The notes beneath the pieces are model-generated. The model was not told the DNA's origin, searched no databases, and was given only the letters and a program-made list of their open reading frames with translations. From assembly GCA_034669905.1 (NCBI GenBank), contig JAXMOL010000085.1:1-16208 (forward strand): a DNA stretch of 16,208 nucleotides, given 5' to 3'. Source of the stretch: Candidatus Hydrogenedentota bacterium. Lineage in GTDB: Bacteria; Hydrogenedentota; Hydrogenedentia; Hydrogenedentales; JAEUWI01. Position 1 is the stretch's first letter. The number at the start of each line of letters is the position of its first letter. This document shows positions 8,118 to 15,877 of the stretch, piece by piece. The translations under genes were made by a program, and so were the position numbers.

Positions 8118-8346
8118 GTCCCGTAGGGACGACATATCGTAGCCCAGGCGTGAGCGAAGCGAACCCTGGGATCGCTCGAATACAAGCGCTCTTCAACCCT
8201 GAAGGGGTGGCATAGAAGTGCTGGAAATCTGTATAGATTTTCCTATGCCACTCCTTCGGAGTTTAGTCCATTGTGGTCCGGTTAACCCAGGGTTCCACTC
8301 GTTCCTCGCTTCACCGCCGGGCTACGATATGTCGTCCCTACGGGAC
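8118..8346. repeat. 229 bp nested palindromic REP/REPIN-like element
   Basis: Perfect 28 bp terminal inverted repeat GTCCCGTAGGGACGACATATCGTAGCCC (8118-8145 / 8319-8346); inner pairs GAACCCTGGG (8161-8170 / 8286-8295) and 8195-8215 / 8243-8263 (18/21); central AAATCT-gtat-AGATTT hairpin. No credible ORF. Confidence 0.85.
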
Positions 8347-8448
8347 CAACTGCGCTTGCTTCATACATGGGTTTAGTGATTCGGCTCCCTTTTGGGGCCT
8401 TCCTCAAGCCATCGGCTCTGCCGGTACCCACTAATTGCCCATGAACCC

Positions 8449-8485
8449 AAAAAAAAGCCCCTCCCGGGCCATGCCAGGGAGGGGC
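8449..8485 (-). terminator. Intrinsic terminator of the TPR protein gene
   Basis: GCCCCTCCC (8457-8465) / GGGAGGGGC (8477-8485) stem followed by T8 on the minus strand, 24 nt after the stop at 8510. Confidence 0.88.
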
Positions 8486-8509
8486 GGAATTTCATTGGAG
8501 TCGGTAGAG

Positions 8510-9493
8510 TTACTCTGCGGGGGCTTCTTCTGCCGGTGCAGCCTCTGCCGGTGCGGCTTCCGCTGCCGGTGCAGCTTCTGCCGGCGCAGCTTCTGCCGGT
8601 GTGGCCTCCGCAGGCGCAGCTTCCGCAGGCGCAGCTTCTGCCGGTGTGGCCTCAGCAGGTGCGGCTTCTGCCGGTGCGGCCTCTGCAGGCGCGGCCTCAG
8701 CAGGCGCGGCTTCTGCCGGTGCAGCTTCTGCCGGTGCAGCTTCTGCCGGTGCGGCCTCAGCAGGCGTTGCTTCTTCCGTCATGGCTTCCGCTTCGTCTTC
8801 GGCCTCTTCCTCGGGGAAGAGTTCGGGCATACTGGATTTGAGGCGCGCCAGGGCGACCTGGGCCTTGTTGGCCACGCTGGATTCGGGGAAGATCTCGACT
8901 TGCTGCTCATAGTGCTTTACGGCATCGGCATGCTTGCCGAGGGCTTCTTCCACACGGGCGATGTTGAGCAACTGGCGACGGCCCGTTACCGTGTCATCCC
9001 ACGTTTCGAAGACCTTTGTATAGCCGGCCAGCGCGTCTTCCAGTTTGCCTTCGTTTTCGTCGAGGAAAGCAATGCCGTCGGTGGCCATGGGCGCGTAATC
9101 AGAATCCCCATGCTCGGCGAGCACCTGTTCGAAGGCCGCACGGGCCTCGTCGTAGGATTTAGCCTCGATAGCGGTTTCTGCCGTCAGATAGAGGGCTTCA
9201 ACGCTCCAACGGGTACCCGACTCGGCCACTTCCTTGAGCGCGGCGGAACGGAGATCGGGATCTTCCGTGTTCAGCGCGGCCGCGTATTCCGTGGTGACTT
9301 TCATGTCATCGGTCTTATTCTTCAGGCTGAAGAGACCACCGACGGCGACGCAGAGCAGGACAAAACCGGCACCTCCCGCCACCTTCGTCGGATTGTTCTT
9401 CACATATTCGAGGGCTTTTTTCCACTCGGGCTGCGTCGCTTCACCGTCTACTGGTGGGAGCGCTCCCTGTGCGTTTTTATCGTGCTCGGCCAT
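8510..9493 (-). CDS. YfgM-like single-pass membrane protein with tetratricopeptide repeats and an acidic Ala/Pro-rich C-terminal tail
   Basis: Short N-terminus with amphipathic 'WKKALEYVKNN', one TM segment (VAGGAGFVLLCVAVGGLF), TPR-like helices (ALYLTAE...YDEARAAFEQVLAEHGDS; EGKLEDALAGY; LGKHADAVKHYEQQVEIFPES), then (EAAPA)n. GAGAG upstream of the ATG. Confidence 0.75.
   Translation of the reverse strand: MAEHDKNAQGALPPVDGEATQPEWKKALEYVKNNPTKVAGGAGFVLLCVAVGGLFSLKNKTDDMKVTTEYAAALNTEDPDLRSAALKEVAESGTRWSVEALYLTAETAIEAKSYDEARAAFEQVLAEHGDSDYAPMATDGIAFLDENEGKLEDALAGYTKVFETWDDTVTGRRQLLNIARVEEALGKHADAVKHYEQQVEIFPESSVANKAQVALARLKSSMPELFPEEEAEDEAEAMTEEATPAEAAPAEAAPAEAAPAEAAPAEAAPAEAAPAEAAPAEATPAEAAPAEAAPAEATPAEAAPAEAAPAAEAAPAEAAPAEEAPAE
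8513..8773 (-). repeat. 15 bp coding tandem repeat, 17 copies of EA[AT]PA-like pentapeptide
   Basis: Translation EATPA EAAPA ... EEAPA E; one single-Ala insertion; synonymous variation among units. Confidence 0.93.
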
Positions 9494-9526
9494 GAACTCT
9501 CTCTTTCAGAAACAACTCACAAGTAA

Positions 9527-9548
9527 GCCGTCCCGGCAAAGGGACGGC
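9527..9548 (-). other. 8 bp GC-rich hairpin between the lipoprotein and TPR genes (weak terminator or 5' UTR stabiliser)
   Basis: GCCGTCCC-ggcaaa-GGGACGGC, followed on the minus strand by TTACTT (poor U tract). Confidence 0.45.
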
Positions 9549-9563
9549 GTGATAAAGGGTGTT

Positions 9564-9592
9564 ATTGTACCCGATGGGACGTCCCGCTACAA
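9564..9592 (-). promoter_or_regulatory. Putative sigma70 promoter for the TPR protein gene
   Basis: Minus strand TTGTAG (9592-9587), 17 nt, TACAAT (9569-9564); the spacer holds a perfect palindrome GGGACGTCCC (9576-9585). Confidence 0.55.
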
Positions 9593-9624
9593 TTTTCCAC
9601 CGGCACGCCTTTTCGGGGGTGTGA

Positions 9625-10104
9625 TCAGCTGGCACCATCTTCGGGCAAATAGAGGATAACCAACTGATTGCTTCGACCCACACCCTGACGGCTGGCCTTT
9701 ATATCCAGACGTCGCCCCGGCTTGGTAAACAGGAGGTTGACGCTCTTGTCGACCTGGGTGGTCGAAACGAGTTTCCAGCCTTCATCGGGGGCCTGGCGGA
9801 TGTAAAACTGAGCCAGCTCGGAGATGGAATCTTTGGTGGAATAGACCATGCGGGCGACCTGCGTGGACTTGGAATCGTACACGAAGGAACGATCTGTGTC
9901 TTCGCGAAGCCCCTGGGGCAGGGGCACATCGCGGAAGCGGCGCGCGATGGCGGGGATAAGCCCGGGCTCCCGAATTTGAATTTCGCCGCTGGTCTTGTCA
10001 TCCAGCAATTCCACGGGCGGGTCGTCCGACTTCTGGAAGGGACTGGTCTGGCAGCCGGTCATGGTCAGCAGGGTGGCTGCCATCGCTACAGCAAGATACT
10101 TCAT
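9625..10104 (-). CDS. Uncharacterised lipoprotein (159 aa)
   Basis: Internal ATG at 10104 of the 9625..10419 ORF gives MKYLAVAMAATLLTMTG|C, a type II signal peptide with lipobox, and removes the overlap with the 10199..10495 gene. Globular-looking body (RFRDVPLP...SFVYDS...LAQFY...EGWKL...LLFTK). Confidence 0.78.
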   Translation of the reverse strand: MKYLAVAMAATLLTMTGCQTSPFQKSDDPPVELLDDKTSGEIQIREPGLIPAIARRFRDVPLPQGLREDTDRSFVYDSKSTQVARMVYSTKDSISELAQFYIRQAPDEGWKLVSTTQVDKSVNLLFTKPGRRLDIKASRQGVGRSNQLVILYLPEDGAS

Positions 10105-10198
10105 GGTGACAGGGTTCTTTCTTATGCGGCGGGCAGGTGCCCAGGCCGCGTTCAGGTTTTCCAGGCACACGGGGGAATGGGGTGCCGGGGTGGGGCGC

Positions 10199-10495
10199 CT
10201 AGTCGTTGGCGTGGAGGCTTTCCGGGCCCTGACCGACATGTTTTTCGTAATGGCCCTTGCCATTGCGGACATATTTGGTGAAGCCCAGCCGCTCCAGGTT
10301 TTCGTCACTGGTATTTTGTTTCTGGATGCGTTCGTGCCCGGTGCCCGCGATGTGGGGCGTTTGAAAGACGCGCACGACTTTCTCACCGGTTTCCGGATGT
10401 TCTGTGAGGGCTTCTTCACTCATTCCCTGGACATGGTCAAAGATTTCTCCTTCGGAGCCATCGTCATGAATGACCTGATACGTGTATACGGGCAT
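10199..10495 (-). CDS. FmdB-family zinc-ribbon-like small protein lacking the cysteine ligands
   Basis: Strong SD GGAGGA. MPVYTYQ...FDHVQGMSEEALTEHPETGEKVVRVFQTP matches the FmdB pattern MPxYxYxC..C...F...Q.MS...L..CP.CG....R..S.P without any Cys. Confidence 0.8.
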   Translation of the reverse strand: MPVYTYQVIHDDGSEGEIFDHVQGMSEEALTEHPETGEKVVRVFQTPHIAGTGHERIQKQNTSDENLERLGFTKYVRNGKGHYEKHVGQGPESLHAND

Positions 10496-10561
10496 CGTTG
10501 TCCTCCAATGGGCCGCGGTGTTGGCGCGCCCGGTTGGCCTGCGTGTAGGTGTAACGGCCCT

Positions 10562-10589
10562 ATTATACGGAAAGAGAAACGGCCCGCAA
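10562..10589 (-). promoter_or_regulatory. Putative sigma70 promoter for the FmdB-like gene
   Basis: Minus strand TTGCGG (10589-10584), 16 nt, perfect TATAAT (10567-10562); overlaps the mdh terminator. Confidence 0.5.
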
Positions 10590-10618
10590 CAGTTTCCAGC
10601 GAAGGGGTTGCGGGCCGT
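10571..10618 (-). terminator. Intrinsic terminator of mdh
   Basis: 12 bp stem ACGGCCCGCAAC (10579-10590) / GTTGCGGGCCGT (10607-10618), then TTCTCTTT on the minus strand; 33 nt after the mdh stop. Confidence 0.75.
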
Positions 10619-10651
10619 GACGTCGTCATTCCTTAAAGGGGCTCTCGGGGA

Positions 10652-11602
10652 TTAGAGGATACCCCGTTCCTGGAGGCCGGCGATGCCCGAGCGGACTTCT
10701 TCGGCCGACTTGTGCAGGGAGGCCTGGTCGGCGTCGGAAATCTCGAGCTCGAGAATCTTTTCTACGCCGTCTTTGCCCAATACACAGGGCACGCCCATGT
10801 AGATGTCTTCGAGGCCATACTGTCCCGTGAGCAGGGCGGCGCAAGGCAGCAGCTGCTTCTCGTCGCGGATGATGCTCTGGGCCATGCGGACGGCGCTGGC
10901 GGCGGGCGCATAGAAGGCACTGCCGGTTTTCAGCAGGGAGACGATTTCACCACCGCCCTTGCGGGTGCGTTCGACGATGGCGTCGATGCGATCCTGGGGC
11001 AGGAGCTTGGTGATGGGGATACCCGAAACCGTCGTGTAGTGGGGCAGGGGGACCATGTCGTCGCCGTGGGAGCCGAGCACCATGGTGTCCACATTCTTCA
11101 TGCTGACGCCCAGTTCCATGGCCACGAAGGAGCGCATGCGGGAGCTGTCCAGGCAACCGGCCATGCCGATAACCCGTTCGGGCGGGAAGCCGAGCTTCTG
11201 ATAGGCCAGGTAGACCATCACGTCGAGGGGGTTGGTCACGATGATGACGGTGGAGTCCGGCGCATACTGCTTGATGTTTTCGCAGATGCCGGAAATGATA
11301 TTGCCGTTCTTCTCGAGGAGGTCCAGACGGGTCATTCCGGGCTTGCGGGGCAGGCCGGCCGTGACGATAACGACATCGGAACCTTCAATGTCGGCGTAGT
11401 CGTTGGTGCCGACGCACTGGCTGCTGTAGCCGCGGATGGGACCGGCTTCCGTCAGGTCGAGGGCCTTGCCCTGGGGCAGACCTTCCACGATGTCCGTGAG
11501 GACGACGTCGCCCAGTTCCAGCTCAAGGCAATACTGGGCCGCCGAGGCGCCCACATTACCGGCGCCAATGGAAGCGATTTTGAATTTCTTTCCGACCGAC
11601 AT
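10652..11602 (-). CDS. mdh: Malate dehydrogenase (NAD-dependent, LDH-like type)
   Basis: GAGNVG Rossmann motif, G(L)PQGKALDL, AGLPRKPGMTRLDLLEKN with the MDH specificity Arg, TNPLD, LDSSR, catalytic SHGD, LLKTGSAFYAPA; SD AAGGAG. Confidence 0.96.
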   Translation of the reverse strand: MSVGKKFKIASIGAGNVGASAAQYCLELELGDVVLTDIVEGLPQGKALDLTEAGPIRGYSSQCVGTNDYADIEGSDVVIVTAGLPRKPGMTRLDLLEKNGNIISGICENIKQYAPDSTVIIVTNPLDVMVYLAYQKLGFPPERVIGMAGCLDSSRMRSFVAMELGVSMKNVDTMVLGSHGDDMVPLPHYTTVSGIPITKLLPQDRIDAIVERTRKGGGEIVSLLKTGSAFYAPAASAVRMAQSIIRDEKQLLPCAALLTGQYGLEDIYMGVPCVLGKDGVEKILELEISDADQASLHKSAEEVRSGIAGLQERGIL

Positions 11603-11898
11603 GGCGATTCTCCTTCGTGTTGGTCATTCCAGATAGTGGTGATGGGATGGGGAGGTGCACGGAATTCGGGCGGTAGCAACACCCGCAGCCCAAAGGAGGG
11701 GGCGGTGCCCAACGTGCATCGATTCCGGGCGCGGCGGGTAAAATAATCCCCGCACGGCTCTCCCGCCCGTAGTGTACTACAACCCGGATGGGGATTGCAT
11801 GGCGCGAAGGCCTCCGGGAATCTCTACCAGCTCACCCTGAAGATTCCCTGTCGTATTGGTAGTGTGATTGGTCGTTGAAGCCGTTTTTTTCAGTTGTT

Positions 11899-12110
11899 AT
11901 GGGCCGGACTTTCAGCCCTTATCGTAAAGGACCTCGGCCTCCTGGGGCTTCGCCCCAGGCTGGTATGTCTCGCGCCTTTGGCGCTATGGAAGTGAATTTG
12001 GTCAGATTGCGAATCACTTATGCAGGGCCAACGGTCCGGAAACATATCAGCATGGGGCAACGCCCCATGTCAGGCTAATGAATCTTTCGAGGGCTGAAAG
12101 CCCGTTCCAT
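11899..12110. repeat. ~212 bp imperfect palindromic REP/REPIN-like element between the MBOAT gene and mdh
   Basis: Outer arms ATGGGCCGGACTTTCAGCCCT (11899-11919) / AGGGCTGAAAGCCCGTTCCAT (12090-12110), 18/21. Inner arms 11941-11985 / 12024-12069 each contain a hairpin (CCTGGGGC-ttc-GCCCCAGG and CATGGGGC-aac-GCCCCATG). Confidence 0.8.
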
Positions 12111-12119
12111 CGCACGGTT

Positions 12120-13559
12120 TTAAAACACGAAATAGATGAATTCCTGCTGCCGGAAGACCCCGCCGAGGAAGAGGATCCAGAACCAGGCGGAATAGACGGC
12201 CCACCGGAATACGAGGGGCTGCGCACGGAACCAGGGCTGGAGCGGGGTCTTGGAATGGGCGTATTGGACCAACTCCATCACCAGGATGGCCCCTGCCACG
12301 AAAATAAGCTCTGCGAAAGGCAGGCCGAGGTGGTGCCGGGCCTCCAGCCAGTAGGTGGCGGAACCGGCAATGGACCAATCGCTGCCCAGACGGCTGAGTA
12401 TGGAAACAGCATGGTGGATATCGTCTGCCCGGAAGAAAATCCAAGCCAGATTGACGAGGACGAAGGTGAGGAGCAGCTTCAGGATACCCGGCATGCGCGT
12501 CAGGGCGGGCCAACGCTGTGTCAGTGCCCGCTCGCCCAGGAGATAGCTTCCATGGAGCAGGCCCCAGACGAGGAACTTCCAGGCGGCCCCGTGCCATAGT
12601 CCGCTTACGCCGAATACGATGAGGATATTGACGGTCCAGCGCGCGGTGCCCGTGCGGTTGCCGCCGAGGGGAATGTAGACATAATCGCGAAACCAGGTCG
12701 AGAGGCTAATGTGCCATCGCTGCCAGAATTCGCCGATGGAGCGTGCGGCGTAGGGGCGGTTGAAGTTGGGGGAGAGGCGTATGCCCAATACCCGTGCCGC
12801 GCCGATGGCGATGTCGCTGTAGCCGGAGAAGTCGCAGTAGATCTGGTAGGCGAAACACAGGGTGGCGAGAGTGAGGGCAACCCCGTTTTGCTGGGCCGAA
12901 TCGGCATAGACATAGGCCACGACCTGGCTGAGGCGATCGGCGATGACAAGTTTCTTGAAGAAGCCCCACCCCATGAGCCGGAGTCCGTCGGTCACGCCCC
13001 GATAGGTGAAACGGTGTTCCACCCCCAGTTGGGGGAGCAGGTTGCGGGCCCGTTCGATGGGACCGGCGACCAACTGGGGGAAGAAGCAGACATAGAGGGC
13101 GAAGCGGCCGAGGTGCCGTTCCGGCTCGAGCTGGCCCCGGTACACATCGATGGTGTAGGCCAGGGTCTGGAAGGTATAGAAGGAAATGCCGAGGGGCAGT
13201 AAGAGTTCGGAGTAGGGCAGTTCGACAGACCAGCCCACCGACTCGGTCAGGGCGCCCAGGCTGTCGCGAAAGAAGTTGTAATACTTAAAGAAAAAGAGGA
13301 GGCCCAGATTGGCGCTGAGACTGAGTGCCAGCCAGCGCCGCTTTCCACGGCGCGAATCGCTTTGGTGAATCCGTTGTGCCGCGAAAAAGTCGATGGCCGT
13401 CGAGAGCCAGATGAGGACCACATAGCCCGGTTCCCACGCCATGTAAAAGCCATAGCTCGCCGTGAGGAGCAGGGCCCATTGCCATTTCTTCGGCACCAGG
13501 TAATACAACCCGACCACCAGGGGAAAGAAAAGGCAGAATGGCATGGAGTTAAAGAGCAT
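12120..13559 (-). CDS. MBOAT family O-acyltransferase, AlgI/PatA/DltB type
   Basis: MLFNS..F..FF start, FFKYYNFF, PLGISFYTFQ, FFPQLVAGPIER, YCDFSGYSDIA, NFNRPY, FWQRWHISLS, catalytic SGLWHGA, C-terminal FIYFxF; polytopic hydrophobic profile. Confidence 0.93.
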   Translation of the reverse strand: MLFNSMPFCLFFPLVVGLYYLVPKKWQWALLLTASYGFYMAWEPGYVVLIWLSTAIDFFAAQRIHQSDSRRGKRRWLALSLSANLGLLFFFKYYNFFRDSLGALTESVGWSVELPYSELLLPLGISFYTFQTLAYTIDVYRGQLEPERHLGRFALYVCFFPQLVAGPIERARNLLPQLGVEHRFTYRGVTDGLRLMGWGFFKKLVIADRLSQVVAYVYADSAQQNGVALTLATLCFAYQIYCDFSGYSDIAIGAARVLGIRLSPNFNRPYAARSIGEFWQRWHISLSTWFRDYVYIPLGGNRTGTARWTVNILIVFGVSGLWHGAAWKFLVWGLLHGSYLLGERALTQRWPALTRMPGILKLLLTFVLVNLAWIFFRADDIHHAVSILSRLGSDWSIAGSATYWLEARHHLGLPFAELIFVAGAILVMELVQYAHSKTPLQPWFRAQPLVFRWAVYSAWFWILFLGGVFRQQEFIYFVF

Positions 13560-13564
13560 AGGAG

Positions 13565-15877
13565 CTAGGCCTCGTCAACCGTTGTGTGCCGGGCCTCGAT
13601 ACGAAGGCCCACATAACACGTGCCCGCGAGGTAGAGCAGGGTCAGCAACACGGCCGCGCCCGTGACGAGGAGGCCCCGGGTCAATTCTTCGGGCCAGAAG
13701 GAGAAGACCACCGTATGTTCGCCCGCAGGCACGACGGCACCGAGGAAATCGCCGTAGACGCGGAGGGGCGTGGCTGCTTCACCGTCTACCTGGAGTTGCC
13801 AGCCCGGATGAAAGTTTTCTGAGAGTACGAGCACTTGGCTACCGGGGCTTTTCGTCTTCACTTCGGCATAGCCCGGTGTGTCATGGCGGACGTCGACTTT
13901 TCCCGGGGGACCCCCATCCAGCGTAATCGGCGTAAAGACCAGGGCCTGGGTGTTCAGGTCGATAGTTTCCAGTGCCGCCATCGGTTCGTCGGAGACCACG
14001 GCCTCGCTGAGCAGGCGAAAGCGGGGCAGGGGGTTCTCCAACGCGATCCAGGGGATCCCGGCTTCTTTCGCAGCGTGGAGCTCGGGGGAGGTGCCCAGCC
14101 GGGAAGCGCGCCAACGCACGCCGGCCAGTTGCATGGGCAGGGGTTTTGCATAGTCCAGGTAGGTTTCGGGGAAGAGATTGAGATAACCCGTGACGTTGCG
14201 GTAGCCATGGAGGGCGACCCGGTTCATCGTATAGGGCACGATGTCGGGCTCGATACGGTGGCTATTGTCGCCGGGGGGCAGGGGGATGGCGGCCAGGAGT
14301 TCGGGCAGGCTTTCCGTGGCTTTGTGCCGAAGACTATAGAGCCCCGCATCCAGGATGCAGAAGAGGGCCAGCAAGACGAGGGCAATGGTCTTGCCTCGGG
14401 CGGCGAGCATCACCAGGGCCGATGCGCCACACACGAGGAGTGCACCGAGGGCGATGGCCCCGGTGCGCATGACATGGTGGTTGAAGAGGGCGAGGGCGTC
14501 CCCTTCGTTCGTCAGGCGGTAGATGACCACGCCGACCAGAATGGCGATGCTCGTCACGGGCACCAGGAATAGAGGCAGGAGCCCTTTCCACGAAAAGGAA
14601 TTCTGGTCCCGCACGATGCGGAAGAGGGAGGCGAAGGAGAGGGCCCCCAATACTGCGAGCGCCACATGGAGCACGGCCACATAGCGGGCGGGCGCGCGGA
14701 AGAAGTTCACCACCGGAATGCGGGTGAGCACGTGGTAGAGGAATCCATATTTTCCCAACACCGCGAGTGCCGCAAAGACGGCCAGCACCAGCCCGGCGAC
14801 CAGCAGTACCCGCTGATTGCCTTTTTCTTTCTCCGTCGTCGGTACGTCCTTCGTTCTACTGCGCCACGCGCGGACCGCGACTATGAGGAGCAAGAGCAAG
14901 AGGGGCACCATGGCCGCGCCCATATAAGGGGCATCCCAGGGCTCATCGCCCGCGAGGGGGGCATAGACACGCCCGTGAAAAAGATAGGGACTCACCATCT
15001 GCAGCAGGTTCCAGGGGTGGAGCGAGATGCCGAGTTGGTAGTCGAGGCCGGGGTCCTGGCGGAGGGACTGTTGGTATACGGCCAGGGTGGGCAGGAGTTG
15101 GGCCGCACCGATGGCCAGCGCGAGGGCCTTTCCCACGCCGAGATGGAGGAGGCGTCCAATCCGCCACGTGCTGAGGAGGAGCACCAGGGCGTAGCCCATT
15201 TCCACGAGCCAGGAAAAATAGGTGACCTGGGGATTGCCGATATAGAGCTGCGAGGCTGACAGGAGGATACAGGCGGCCAGGGCGAGCATGGCGTGGGGCG
15301 GGCGTTTGGCCCGCATCACCACATCAATGGCCAGGAGGGCCCAGGGGAGGTGGGCCATGACGGCCACGAAGCTGATGTGAACGTAGTGGTTCATGCTGCA
15401 CCCGATGAAGGTCATGAGCAGTGCGCCAAAGAGGGCGCCCGAACGTTCGACGGCCCAACGCCGCAGGAAGCAATAGGTGCCCAGCCACATGACGGGGTAG
15501 CTGATGAGCAACTCCAGCATGAAGGCCCGGTCCAGCGGAAAGAAGCGATAGAGCACAAAGTGAAGGGGATGGAGGAAGCCGCCATGGCCTTCGCCGTGGA
15601 TATAAAACCCGTTGGCGAGGTGGGGCATCCAGAGGAAGTTGTAGCCCTTCGTCAGGCACTTGGCGTAGAAATCCCGGATGGGTAAATAGAGGGCTGCGAG
15701 ATCGTCCTCCACATAGAGGCGCCCCTGGAAAAGGGGCCAGGCCAGCACGAAAAAGAGCCCCAGACTGCCGAGGAGGAGGAGTCCAATGAGCAGGGTTTCG
15801 AGGCGGTGTGCCGGGGGCGGTGGGGTTGTTGAAGGGGTGGGTGCGGGTGCGCTGGAGACGTCGGGGCTTTCATTCAT
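13565..15877 (-). CDS. YfhO-family polytopic membrane protein (GT-C-type glycosyltransferase)
   Basis: Acidic EDDL after the first TM, LWMPHLANGFYIHGE loop, many TM segments, AAQLLP, FRAPARY, and C-terminal LVLSENFHPGW...VDG...GAVVPAGEHTVVFSF plus a final TM, as typical for YfhO proteins. Ends 5 nt before the MBOAT start. Confidence 0.82.
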   Translation of the reverse strand: MNESPDVSSAPAPTPSTTPPPPAHRLETLLIGLLLLGSLGLFFVLAWPLFQGRLYVEDDLAALYLPIRDFYAKCLTKGYNFLWMPHLANGFYIHGEGHGGFLHPLHFVLYRFFPLDRAFMLELLISYPVMWLGTYCFLRRWAVERSGALFGALLMTFIGCSMNHYVHISFVAVMAHLPWALLAIDVVMRAKRPPHAMLALAACILLSASQLYIGNPQVTYFSWLVEMGYALVLLLSTWRIGRLLHLGVGKALALAIGAAQLLPTLAVYQQSLRQDPGLDYQLGISLHPWNLLQMVSPYLFHGRVYAPLAGDEPWDAPYMGAAMVPLLLLLLIVAVRAWRSRTKDVPTTEKEKGNQRVLLVAGLVLAVFAALAVLGKYGFLYHVLTRIPVVNFFRAPARYVAVLHVALAVLGALSFASLFRIVRDQNSFSWKGLLPLFLVPVTSIAILVGVVIYRLTNEGDALALFNHHVMRTGAIALGALLVCGASALVMLAARGKTIALVLLALFCILDAGLYSLRHKATESLPELLAAIPLPPGDNSHRIEPDIVPYTMNRVALHGYRNVTGYLNLFPETYLDYAKPLPMQLAGVRWRASRLGTSPELHAAKEAGIPWIALENPLPRFRLLSEAVVSDEPMAALETIDLNTQALVFTPITLDGGPPGKVDVRHDTPGYAEVKTKSPGSQVLVLSENFHPGWQLQVDGEAATPLRVYGDFLGAVVPAGEHTVVFSFWPEELTRGLLVTGAAVLLTLLYLAGTCYVGLRIEARHTTVDEA

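Noticed and set aside
7916..8215. 99 aa plus-strand ORF in the intergenic region
   Set aside because: TTG start without a convincing SD, atypical composition, and it runs into the palindromic repeat.
8080..8370. CTTCATACAyGG direct repeat (8080-8091, 8359-8370) as a target-site duplication of the palindromic element
   Set aside because: It does not abut the inverted-repeat ends (26 and 12 nt away) and has a mismatch; it may be chance.
8435..9526. Plus-strand ORF with striking Cys/Arg-rich CRCSF/CRRGL repeats (metallothionein-like look), and the ASAGA-repeat ORF at 8601..8912
   Set aside because: Both are antisense readings of the EAAPA repeat. SD, promoter, terminator and TPR motifs all support the minus-strand gene.
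10105..10419. N-terminal extension of the 9625..10419 ORF overlapping the FmdB-like gene
   Set aside because: The lipoprotein signal begins at ATG 10104; the extension is an off-frame reading of the upstream gene.
12120..13559. MBOAT as the enzyme that lipidates the Cys of the SCAPG sorting motif
   Set aside because: Its motifs are those of the AlgI/PatA/DltB polysaccharide-acylating clade, and four unrelated genes separate it from the surface proteins; nothing in the sequence links them.
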